A DNA stretch of 64,000 nucleotides, taken from NCBI RefSeq assembly GCF_009914755.1, contig NC_060939.1. The stretch is one strand, 5' to 3'. This document shows, piece after piece, positions 11,798-23,545 of the stretch; the first letter of the stretch is position 1, and each line of letters begins with the position of its first letter. Both the position numbers and the translations under genes were made by a program. The notes beneath the pieces are model-generated. The model worked only from the letters and a program-made list of their open reading frames with translations, was not told the origin of the DNA and did no database searches. Source of the stretch: the human T2T-CHM13v2.0 reference genome, Homo sapiens.

Positions 11798-11862
11798 CCC
11801 AAAAGTGTCTTCTTCTGGTTTGTGGGTCACAGTGATAGGAGGTGTGGGACTCACTTCGTCAA
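11798..11862 (-). CDS. NTRK3: NTRK3 coding exon, 65 nt ((F)DEVSPTPPITVTHKPEEDTFG), phase 1-0
   Basis: Within ORF 11726..12037; acceptor TTTTCAG|TT, donor GGG|GTGAGT. Confidence 0.96.
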
Positions 11863-13346
11863 CTGAAAACCAAACACAAAAAGGAGGAGGACAGTTAGCT
11901 TCCCGGCTGGGGAGGCTCAGCCACAGTCCCTGCCCAACTCCCAAGCTCCCTTGAGACTTCCCCCTGCAGAACATCCTCTGAAAGCCAGGCTCTTGCAGTC
12001 TGCCTTCCCCAGGCTTTGCAGGACCCCCCACCCCCACAGACCAGGTTCCTATCTGACCATCTGGCTGGTGTTACAGTTCAAGCACAGGCTCCATAGGAAT
12101 AAAGGACATTCAGTCCCATTCCCTGCCCCAACCCCAGAGAAAATAACATAACCTGGGCAACTTGGGCCATGAGCTATAGAACAGAAAAAAAGAAACATGG
12201 TTTGGGATCCTGGCCAGGGTCTGGATTAGGCAAATGTTACTGGTGGTGGCAGCTGTTGCTGACATTCTGCTACTCCTTGCCACAGGCATTCCTTTTCCTC
12301 TCCCTGCCTTTCCTGTGCCCTCCCTCTTTCCTTCTTTACTCCTCAGTGAGATCCAGGAGGCCTGGGGATCCATCAATCAGCCCACTATCCATTCCCCTAA
12401 CACTGATTTCAGAACACAAGGGCAGCTTAAGTTAAAAAAATAGAACCATCTGACCGGGAAACACCACCTTTACCCAGCAAGGCCAGGATGGGAAGCTAAG
12501 TATCAATTTTCCCCTCACTCCACCATCTAGAATCACCTCCTTGACAAGAAATGGCCCCAATTCAGAATTCTCTGAAGGAATATTCTGCAAGATTACAAGT
12601 CCTCTAAGGCTGAAGACAACTAAAGAAATCACAGATATTGACATCAGTGCCAGAAAGCCGAGGGTGTTTCTAAACAGCACCTATTATCTCAAGCCAGACA
12701 CGAGGCAAAAATGGCAGCAGTTGCTGCTATTATTCCCACCTCCCATGGAGAAAAAAAAGAAAAAGGAATAAACACAGGTTTCCCTACAGTCCATAAACAA
12801 AACCCCAAATTCTTTTAGGATTGTCTAGCCCTAGCCCCAAATCACTTATAAACTGAGCCTCAATAATTCCTTCTGAGGACACATGAGCCTATCAGGAAAC
12901 CTTGTAAGTCAAGCTCTCATGAGGCGAGTCCTGGCCAAGTGCTCAGGCTCCTGAAGCAGGTGAGAAACACTAGCAGGTTTATAGGTTCCATATTCTCTCT
13001 GCAAGAACAACTAAGATGATCAATAGGGGTCTATTGAGGCACATGAAACCCATGTCCATCCTCACACAGCCCCTCTTTATCCAGGTAAAGAGATCCACAA
13101 CATCATCAGACATTAGAAAACTCCCTGGGGGATAGTGAACCACAGAGTGATTACCCAAGAAAAGTGGGCTTGGAACTGCCTAAAAAGCATTGCTACCCTT
13201 CATTTCCCTTTCACAGTTCACTCAGATGCCCTCAGCTGCCATGGGCCAGGGATGATGTGGAATAGGAGAGAGGGCTATTTGAATTCAATAGTTACCGATA
13301 GTATCAGAATAAATCAGTTTCAAAGCAACAGGTAAAGCAGACTTAC

Positions 13347-13370
13347 ACAAGATAAAGTTATCCGTGCTCT
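13347..13370 (-). CDS. NTRK3: NTRK3 24-nt juxtamembrane microexon ((E)STDNFIL(F)), phase 1-1, alternatively spliced
   Basis: TTTTTTTGCAG|AGAGCACGGATAACTTTATCTTGT|GTAAGT; skipping converts ESTDNFILF to V in frame. Confidence 0.95.
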
Positions 13371-14151
13371 CTGCAAAAAAAGGACAAAGAGATAATTAAC
13401 AAATTTAATAAAAACCAGAACAGACACACTACTTGGTCCTAATAGCTATGATCTCTCCCATTCACCATGATTCCCTGTTCTCATGGCAACTGACAAACTA
13501 AAATGCATGGCACATCACCCGTCTCCCCATGCTACACTACCAGTTTAGGGGGTGGTCCTCCAAATGGAGAAGGAATGAGAGATAAAGTTCCTGGTTTCAA
13601 GGGAGGTGGCCCATCTAGGAACGAGAAACCAAACCAGGTTCATTATGAGATGATAGGGAATTAAAACTAGACCCTCTGTCTCATTCACAGCTCTGCTTTC
13701 TTAAGGACCCAAAGTGCTGGGAATGGGGCGACAGGGTGGGCTCCCCTAGACATTCTTTGAAAATGCCAGGTATGATCTCAAGATAAACTTATTCAAAGTA
13801 ATATGCAGAGTTGATTCTAGCAGGTCACTGAGAAGTTCTTGAGAATCCCTCTAGAATCTGCCCGTCCTGCAGATGGTAACATGTTATTTGATCTTTGGTC
13901 TCTAGAAATAGCTCAACTAATAATGAAAGCTAATCCTTATTGCACATTGATTATAAGCGAGGGATGGTGTTAAATGCTTCATGTAGCACATCACTCAATC
14001 CTTATTACCATTCTAAGAGGTGGTAGCATTATCCCCACTTAACAGATAAGGAAACAGGCTTATACAGATTAAGTAACTAATTGGATGTCACTCATTTAAG
14101 AAGAAATTAGAGCTGAATTCAAATCTCCGTCCAGGCTCTTGCCCACTCTAC

Positions 14152-15827
14152 CAGAAATGCTCAAACTTTAGCACACAACAGAAGCACCCAGATGGTGATT
14201 GCTACCAACATCCAATAAAAGGAGTGAGGATTCCTTGGAGAAATGGATGATTTCAGGGCCGGACCAGGGAAAGTACAACATGTGCCTGGAATGGCTTGTA
14301 ATACTAAAAAGTAAGAAAGTGCTCAAAGATTAATGGAGGCCTGGAGACAGGGCACAGGAGCCAATGTACAGGGGATCTCAATAGCCAAATGTAGGATCAT
14401 TTAAGCAACAAAACAATGATAGTCCTGGATTGTTATGGATTAGGATTATGTAGTCCCAAAATCCATATACAGAAACTGTAACCCCTAGTACTTCAGAATG
14501 TGACTATCTGGAGAAAAGGTCTTTAAAGATGTATTAAAGTTAAAATAAGGCCATTAGGGTGAGTCCTAATCAAATATGGTTGATGTCCTTATAAGAGGAA
14601 ATTTGAACGTCAACACACACGCACAGAGGGAAAATCACATGACAACACAAAGAGAACACTGCCATCTGCAAGCCAAGCAGACAGGCCTCAGGAGAAACCA
14701 TCCCTGCCAACACCTTTATCTCAGGCTTCCAGCCTCCAGAATTGTGAGGAAATAAATTTCTGTTGTTTAAGCCACCCAGTCTATGGTATTTCACTGCTGT
14801 GACATTCCTAGCAAACGAATACATGAATTACCAGCCATAGAACAAAATAAATATCCATGAGTCCATATTGATACAAATAAACAATTCAATAAATAAAAGG
14901 TGGAAGAATGAAATGCTCTTCCTTACAAGAGAATTCTGATTTTTAAATGTAGAAGGAATGATAAAAATAGAAAAATCACCATTTCACAAATATTACAGTA
15001 ATAATTGTTTCAGGCAAGAATCATCAATGAATGTTAGAGTGTGAAAGAAGGATGAGAAACAAGCTATTTATGTAGTTTAAAAATATTATACTGATTTCTT
15101 ACAAAGGGGAAAATCATCTGTTTGCAGCAGAGAAACCTGGCAGACACCACCTTGACCAAGTAATAAAGTCAACACCCCCAGTACCAAAACCTATCGACAT
15201 CACGCGCCCCCGAAACGATGCACTGAGAGGGCAGAGCATCACTTCTGCAGAGTTCCTGCCAAAAATGCATAGCTAGAAATTAATCATTAAGAAAAAAATC
15301 AGAAAATTCCAAATGGAAAGACAGTCTACAAAAAAACTAGTATTCTTGCAAAGTTCCAAGATCATGAAAGACAAAGACTAGGGAACTGTCCCAGATTTAA
15401 AGAGAGTGAGATGACACAGGAACTCAACGCAGTGTGTAATTCTGAATTGGATCCTAGACAAGGAAAAAGCATCAATGGGACAAGTGATGAAATGTAATTC
15501 ACATCTGTACACTAGATAATAGTGATGGACCAATGTTAACCTGGTTTCGATCATTGCATCGTGGTTAGGTAAGATGTTAACATCTGGGGAAGCTGGACAA
15601 AGGGTGGAAGGAAGTGCCTTGTATGATTTTGTAACTTTTTAAAATATGAATTCCAAACTATTTCAAAATGAAAAGTTAAAAATCTTTAAAAATTAAAAAG
15701 AAACACAGATTACTAGTCCTCACCTTAGAGTTTCTAATTCAGTAGACCTGGGGTGGGTATCAAGATTTTGCATTTCTAACAAGTTTTCAGCAGACGCTGA
15801 TGCTGCTGTTCCCTTTGGAATGCACTA
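14152..15827 (+). mobile_element. Nested elements: MER5A (14152-14195 + 15701-15827) split by an L1MC 3' fragment (14196-15700), itself split by an MLT1B-like LTR (14431-14823)
   Basis: MER5A halves join into a contiguous consensus; LTR TGTTATGG...AATACA with 5-bp TSD TGGAT/TGAAT; L1 ends in an A-rich tail. Confidence 0.8.
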
Positions 15828-17609
15828 TATCAATACTACACAGCCTCCTGCCTCAGCCCACCATGCCCTGAAAAGTAAAAGTGTATTCATTCATTCATTC
15901 ACCCATTCATTCACTCGTTGCGGGCCCTCACAGTCTTAGCTCTATTAAGTATGAACCAGCAGATATTCTCTAACTACCTGTGGGGAATCGGATACTTTCT
16001 GTGATGGAGTCCTTCAAAGAAAGCCTTACTTATGGTACACGCAGTTCGGTTGCTTGTTTGTTGTCTGTTCTGTATTGTTTTGGGGGATGGTCACAGAACT
16101 ATCTTCACATTCCTGGGCATACCCTTCATGCCAACACCCTCTTCTCAACAGCAGGTGACCAGAAGCCTGACTGGGGCAGGGGGAGGATGGAGGAAATGGA
16201 AGCTCTAGCGTGGGTTTCAGAGCCTGAGAGAAGAGAGGTGCCAGATCAATTCGCAGTTTACATTCATTTGCATATGTCTCATAAGGCTCCCATTTATTAG
16301 AGAATATTCTCACGTTAGCCAAATGTTTTGGTCAAGTCTGTGAACCCTGTTATCTCCAAATCAGCCTATGAGTGTTTAAGGCCTTTGCCAGAGCCTGGAA
16401 GCATTTATACATCCAGAAAGCACATAAGCTTTGGAAGAAGGAGACATCCTGACTCCTCTCTAACCTGTGGGAGGGTTCAGGCATTCAGCCTGGAAGAGGA
16501 TGGTACCCAGGACTGGTCCTCACCTCTGACTGCACCAGCAGGCTGGGAGGAGCGCTTGTCCAGCACACCAAGGAACAATCTGGACATGAACTGGGGCTGT
16601 GCCATGAAGGGAATACACATGTCTCCTACAGTCCCAGACCATAACTCTTCAAGAAGCGCCCCTTCTGTAAATTAATCTTCACCACAACCTTTAAGGTAAA
16701 AGCAGGAAGGTGAAGCAATTTGCCTGACGTCACAGAGCTGACAAGTGATTGAGTCAGAGTCAGAGCCCTGGCAACGTGGTTCCATGACAACTAGCCTAGA
16801 CTACCTTAACATTATCTGTTAGAACTTACTAGGTTGACCAGAAAATGACTACTGGTTCTAGAACTCTTGAATTCATCTCAGCTCTACATCCTAAGAATCT
16901 TAACAATGGCCCACAGCTAGTAAGCCTTTTCTCTGTCCAGACGCACTGCTATGCACTTGGCAGGCATAACTTCCTTTAAGTCTCATGGTAGCTTAGATGG
17001 GAGATATTATCATTCCCATTTCATGGATACAGAAATAGAGGCACAGAGAAGTGATTGTCCTCCATCTAGTACTGGCCTTGCACTAAGCCCCATGCTAGGA
17101 GCCCAGGCCACCAGATGGGAGGGCTATCTGGGAGGGGCCACAGATGGGACCTGCACCTAAGTCTGTCTGATTTCAGACTGCCTGCTCTTAGCCTCCATGC
17201 TTAGCTGCCTGGAAGCAAAAGAGAAACACACATGATAATCACGATGTCTCCACACTTTCACATCAAAAGAGAAGAGCAAGAATCACAGACCAGCTTTGCA
17301 TCTAGGCTTAGCTGGGGTGAGTTCAGTTTAGAGGGCTATGACTCATCTCTTCCTGCACCCCCAGATAATTGACTCTCTTGAGCGTTTAAGCATCTTGTCA
17401 CTTGGCATCGTTTCCCTGTCACTGCCTTTTCATCACCCATTGATCCCTTTAACCTAGACTCACAAAACAAGCAAATCTTCCCACAGGGTGACCCTAGCAG
17501 GATGGAGATGGGTCTGAGGAAATGACCTCAGGTGAGGTGCTTTCTCTTTGAGTTTCTCTGTGACTCTATCCTCCCTCCATCCTCCTGGGGCCAGATTCCC
17601 ACTCAATTC

Positions 17610-17802
17610 CAGGGTAGTAGATTGCAAAGGAGGGAGTACTGGAGTCACCTGGGGGCTTGTTAAAACATAGCTGCTAGACCCCACCCTGGAATCTCTGATT
17701 CCGTAGATGTGAGTGGCGCTTGAGAACTTAAGTTTTAACACATTCTCAGGTGAGGTGGATGGGGCTGGTCCATGGACCAAAGGTCACTTTTGAGAACCAC
17801 TG
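17610..17802 (+). mobile_element. MER5A
   Basis: GAGTCACCTGGGGGCTTGTTAAAACA...CACTTTTGAGAACCACTG. Confidence 0.8.
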
Positions 17803-19733
17803 GCCTGAGGAGCACTGATAACTGACTATGGTGACAAGGGTATCCAGAGACTAACAGAAGGGGCTGCTGCATCTCGTGGGGGCAGAGGAGGTATCTCTGA
17901 GATAGCTCTGAGGGCTGAGAAGACGCAAAGTATTGCTTCCTCCTGAGACAAAGGAGAGAACGGAGAAGCTGTATCCACCACATCATCCAACTGCTGCTGC
18001 TACCCCACACCTCTCAGGATACCCCTGGCAGAAGGAGCCAGAGTGTCTTCTCCTCCCTCCTGAGCATTCTAGGGTTCCCCTCTCCCTAGGCCCCAGAAGC
18101 TTCTCTTTGGAAACAGAAACATTGCTTCAGGGTGCTTCATTTCCTCACCAATCAAGACTTTCCCTCAACAATGTATAGACTTTCCTCTTTAAAAACAGAA
18201 TTTATTCTCTAATCAGGCCACAGGCAGGGCAACGTTTCAGTCTTTTATGTCAACAAGACCTAGCCTGCCCTTGTAGACCATAAGAGCAAAATATCTCTGC
18301 TCTAAAAGCCTCTTCTTCCACTGTGCAGGCCAGGACTCATCTACCTGCTGAAAGAGAGCACAGTGTGACCCAGGAGGGGAAGTGTCATGGGGGCTTTTAC
18401 TGAGCATTCTGGGGATGATGGAAGTTTCAGACTACATGGGATTTCCAGGGCCTCAAACATCTGCACATTCTCAACTGCCTCCGAAAAGACGGCTCCATCA
18501 TCCCTGGGACCTCAACGGCAAGAATTTAGCTTAATGCAGCCACATTTCTCCGACTTTACTCTCAGGGCCTCCAGTACGAGTTCCCTTGCACTGACATAAA
18601 TAAAGCTTCCTGGAGCTGCCACACCCTGGTAATTTGTAGACTGTGAAGTTGACTTCATAAAAACAGATGCTACATACTGCTAGCTCTTTCTGCCTTTTCC
18701 CTTTGTGCACGTGTGTGAGCATGCATGTGCATGTGTGTATGTGTCTTATCAGTTTTTACACTGTATCCCATTAGAACTCCTGATTCCTAGGGATTGAAGA
18801 CCAAAGGTCTCCTAGTCACTTCCCAAAATGAAGCACCAAGCTCAGCAAAGACACATGGCTTTATGGGCAAAACTTATCAATTGCGGAACCCACAAAAAGA
18901 TGCTACAATCACTTTCACTAAACTCTTTTGGTGTTTTTTTCTCCTCCAACTTCAGGGAGATATTTAAAGCATCTTAGCCCAGACAGAGAAAGACAGAATC
19001 AACTCCCAAAATCAAATCAAGCAAAGTTCTTCAGTAATTTCAATAATTTTTCCTGGTCCACTTGACATTAGCACTATCATAAGCTGAGGGCATCAGGTAT
19101 GACCCACAGTAGCTCACCATGGAACAAGAGAGGAATGAAGCCACAGACCTGGGGGCCTAGATCCAAGTCAAACCTTGTCACAGATCAGCAAGTAGAATGA
19201 GGATCAGGTCATTCATCCATTAAATGGAGGGTTAAACTGGACACACTCTCAAGTCCTTTGCAATGGGAAATCCCGGAACCATCATCAGGTGTCAAACCCT
19301 GTGACGTGCTTTATATACCTTGACTCATTTAAAAGTCACAGGAGCAGTGTAATCATGACTATTTCATAGAAAAGGAAATTGATGCTTAGAAAAGCAAACT
19401 ATCAGGCCCAGAGTCTCCCCACAAGTAAAGGGCTGGGTCAGAATTCTCTACCATTACTGTCTCTGCTTTCTCTACTATCATACAGTGTGCCCTAACATGC
19501 ACAACTGTTATTTCTAAGAAGTCTTGGTTACCATGACTGCTATTGGAAAATGGAGACTCTATCCTTGTTTATACCAGATGCGGCTGGTGGTTGCACATGT
19601 TCCAGTGTGTGTTTTGTTGCCCATGATAACAGTATGAGTACTGATGCTGCTTCTCCTCTCAAGCTACCATGCCCCATCTCCCAAGCTTGTAGAAAGAATC
19701 CATACACCTCCGATCCAGCTACGCTGCCCTCAC

Positions 19734-20030
19734 CTGGAAAGGGCTCCTTGAGGAAGTGGCCATTGATGGTCTGGTTGGCTGTGCCCAGTGGGTTTTTGGC
19801 AATGAGGGTATAGTTGCCATTGTTGTAGTGGGTGGGCTTGTTGAAGAGCAGGCAGCCCTCGGAAATCTCTCCCTCTTGGTAGTATTCCACATGGATGATC
19901 TTGGACTCCCGCAGAGGCTGCCCATTGTGCAGCCAGTGCAGCGTTGGTGGGGGGTTGCCACGCACCACAAACTCGATGCAGTGCTCCAGGCGCAGCTCAG
20001 GCTCCTCCAGGCTCACCACACGTGGGGGAT
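19734..20030 (-). CDS. NTRK3: NTRK3 coding exon, 297 nt, Ig2/domain 5, NT-3 binding (YPPRVVSLEEPELRLEHCIEF...GHFLKEPFP), phase 1-1
   Basis: Within ORF 19540..20037; acceptor TGACAG|AT, donor CAG|GTGAGG. Confidence 0.98.
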
Positions 20031-20531
20031 CTGTCAAGGGAGAAGCCTGCTGAAATCCAGGACACAGAGTCTACCACCTCCCGCAGTAGCCTTCCAGCAA
20101 CTAAAATGGGAATCCCGGTTCTTCCCCACCCACTCTGAAAAGGCTGAGGGAAGCAGAAGTCCCACCACAATCCCAGCAGAGGGGAAGAGATGTCTGTCTT
20201 TATGCAAGCTTCCTAGATCCACCTTAGCTGGAGGGCTCCCTCTTGGGACCTCTTAGGGGTTTCATAAAAGGCAGAATAGGCCAACTTAGAAGTGTCCTGA
20301 AGATGTAGTTGACTTGGAGCCACACCATCTTCTGAGGGACAAAGGTGCTCTTTCTGGGGTTTTTAGTCCAAGGACTTACTTCTCAGTCCTGCCCTACAAG
20401 AGTCCTTCTGTCCCTACTGGTAGATCAGCTCACTGCTCTAGCTCACCCCTGACAACACCTTGGCCCCTCTCCAGCCTCCTATGCCAGTTGCCCCTCACAC
20501 ACAGCCATCCCCCACAATAACATGCACTTAC

Positions 20532-20673
20532 AGTAGACAGTGAGGGCAACACTGGCATTGCTCATGCCCACCACGTTCTCTGCAATGCACGTCAGGGTGA
20601 AGCCATTGTCCTCACTCGTCACATTCACCAGCGTCAAGTTGATGGCATGAACATTGGTCCAGTTCAGATTGGT
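20532..20673 (-). CDS. NTRK3: NTRK3 coding exon, 142 nt, second half of Ig1 (TNLNWTNVHAINLTLVNVTSEDNGFTLTCIAENVVGMSNASVALTVY), phase 0-1
   Basis: Within ORF 20479..20700; acceptor TTTCAG|ACC, donor T|GTAAGT. Confidence 0.97.
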
Positions 20674-21099
20674 CTGAAAACCCCAATAAAAAGATAACAA
20701 TCAGATAGCTTCTACAAGGATGGCTCTGCTACCTAATCCCCAAATACCTTTAGGAATCAAAAGGAAAGCTGAGCGGAAGGCGAAGGAGATCTTTGTGTGA
20801 AAGCACACTGGCCAAATGCCAGGCTCCTCATAGGCAATAGTTCAGGCCATCCTCCTATTAACCCTATGAGGTGAACGGTAGTTCAGTACTATGGCCATTT
20901 TACAGAAGCAAAACCTAAGTTACAGAAAAGTTGAGTAGCATGTATAGAGCGAAATGGCTAGAAAATATTGCAGCTGCATGTAACCCAAGTCTATGTGTTT
21001 TTTCCTATAGTAACAAGACCGCAAATTTTCCCTCTTCTTCAAGACTACAGTGTGATCACTCCCTAGCCTCCTGATGGGGCTGAAGCCCAGGATGCCTAC

Positions 21100-21242
21100 C
21101 TGGTGAGTGTTGATGGACTGCAGCCCAGTGACTATCCAGTCCACATCAGGAAGGGGTGATCCAGAGCCATTGCAAGTGATAACAGCATTGTCACCCTCTC
21201 GTACGGTCAGGTTGACGTGGCTCACGCTGATCTCAGGAAGGT
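21100..21242 (-). CDS. NTRK3: NTRK3 coding exon, 143 nt, first half of Ig1 (DLPEISVSHVNLTVREGDNAVITCNGSGSPLPDVDWIVTGLQSINTHQ), phase 1-0
   Basis: Within ORF 20920..21282; acceptor CCCAG|AC, donor CAG|GTAGGC. Confidence 0.97.
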
Positions 21243-21566
21243 CTGGGAGCCAGACAAAGTGGGTGAAAAGACAGGCAAACACTTACTACCCAAAGGAAGC
21301 TCTGTCCATGGGGCTGATGGTGGCACTTCTTGCCTTGCCCAGTAATGACTCTAACACCACCTGCTTGAGTTCTTGGAAGACCCGCAAATCCAAGACGCTT
21401 TACATCACCTCCCCAGTAGACATCAGAACTCAGAATTGAAGCCCATGCAGTTGCAGTCTCCCACATTGCAGCGGCAGGTTGCGGGGTGGGGGCAGTGCTT
21501 AAGGAATGCATTTCTGGCAATTAAGCTCAATGGCATCATTACACTTTGGGCTCTGGTTATCTGAAT

Positions 21567-21735
21567 AGTAGTGTTTCAGTCTCCCAATGGGGAGCTTGCT
21601 TAAAATTCAGATTTCTGGGACCCATCCCCAGACATTCTCAAAGTCTGTGTTTGGGCCCAGAAATCTGCTTTTTTAGAAACTCCTTAGAAGCTGCTGCCAT
21701 AGGGAATCCAGAGACCACATTTTGAGATACACTCC
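21567..21735 (+). mobile_element. MER5A-like fragment in the intron between the 158- and 143-nt exons
   Basis: GGGGAGCTTGCTTAAAATTCAGATTTCTGGGACCCATCCCCAGA...GACCACATTTTGAGA. Confidence 0.6.
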
Positions 21736-22036
21736 TTCAGGTTTGGTTGACAGGTAACTCACAGGGAGAAAGGGAATCTGGTGTGATGAGAAGGAGCACA
21801 TTTAACTCCTGTGTGAATTCCTGAAACCAGTCTTCCTATGGCTCGTGCACAAAGGGACAGGAATGACCAAGAAGGGGAATGATGAGTCAGGAGGTCTGCA
21901 CACAACTGCAGAGTTCAAGGCTGGGAGGGCGTTTCGAAAGGAAGGCTCTGGCATCCCAAGGTAACGTCCAGCACCATCTCTGGTGTCTGAGGGATGCCTC
22001 CCTGGAGCCAGCTGGGCCAGGCGGCCACTCACTCAC

Positions 22037-22194
22037 CACACTGACTGATGTTCATGCGGAAGAGAGGAAGCTGGGAGCCATCAGCGTTGATGCAGTAGAG
22101 GTTCTGGCTGTTGAGCTTGGCCTCCCCCTGCTCCTGCCAGAGCTGCATCCAGCGGATGTCACAGCTGCAGTTGAAAAAGTTCTGCTCCAACTGC
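22037..22194 (-). CDS. NTRK3: NTRK3 coding exon, 158 nt, LRR C-terminal cysteine cluster (QLEQNFFNCSCDIRWMQLWQEQGEAKLNSQNLYCINADGSQLPLFRMNISQC), phase 2-1
   Basis: Acceptor CGACAG|G and donor G|GTGAGT; manual translation; frame continuous with neighbours. Confidence 0.97.
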
Positions 22195-22404
22195 CTGTCG
22201 GCAAAGAGAGAGGGGAAGGGAACCTCTGAACCGAAGATGGCCCAGGACCCTCCCAGGGCTATGAGGACAAGGGGGACCCGACCTGTTCAGGGATTAAGGG
22301 GAGAAGGGATTTAACAAGGTTACAAAAGAAGTGGAAAAATCCTTGTAAGTCCATAAATTGCAGTTTTAAAACAATAAACTCATTTTTTAAAAAAAAGAAA
22401 TCCA

Positions 22405-23061
<657 letters not shown>

Positions 23062-23074
23062 AGAGATATCAGCT

Positions 23075-23545
23075 CGAGATGCTCCTCTTCTTAAAACCCT
23101 CCAATGGCCTTCCATCTCATTGAAAATCAAAGTCAAAGCCCTAAATAATCTGCACCATTCTCCATCATCTCTGACCTCATCTTCCCTCACTCCCTCCTCC
23201 TCTTCAGCCACACTGACCTTGGTGTCTGCAAGGTCACCTGTTGACTGGTTTGTTCCTACCCCAGGACCTTTGCACTTGCTGTTTCCACTGCCTGCCAAGC
23301 TCTTACCCAACATCTCTACAAGGCTGGCTCTCTCAGTCTAACACTGCCCAGTCCCTTGCCATGCTATATTTGTCTTTCTAGAATTTATCACTACTGGCAT
23401 CACTTTAAATATTTATTTTTAATTAGTTTGTTTATCTGTCTCCCTGAATAAAAATTAAACTCCATTGAGGTCAGCAACATTGCCTGTTTTGTTCATTCCC
23501 TAACCTAGAACTGAGCCTGGCATATAAATTCTTGTTAAAGGAAAG
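23075..23545 (+). mobile_element. L2 LINE 3' fragment
   Basis: CTTAAAACCCTCCAATGGCCTTCCATCTCA...CAGGACCTTTGCACTTGCTGTT...CCTAGAACTGAGCCTGGCATA. Confidence 0.75.

Noticed and set aside
19756-20256. 166-aa plus-strand ORF (also 21107..21439 and 21879..22229)
   Set aside because: Antisense shadows of NTRK3 coding exons.
20920-21099. 59-codon read-through after the 143-nt exon
   Set aside because: It would truncate mid-Ig1 and runs into a MIR; most likely chance.
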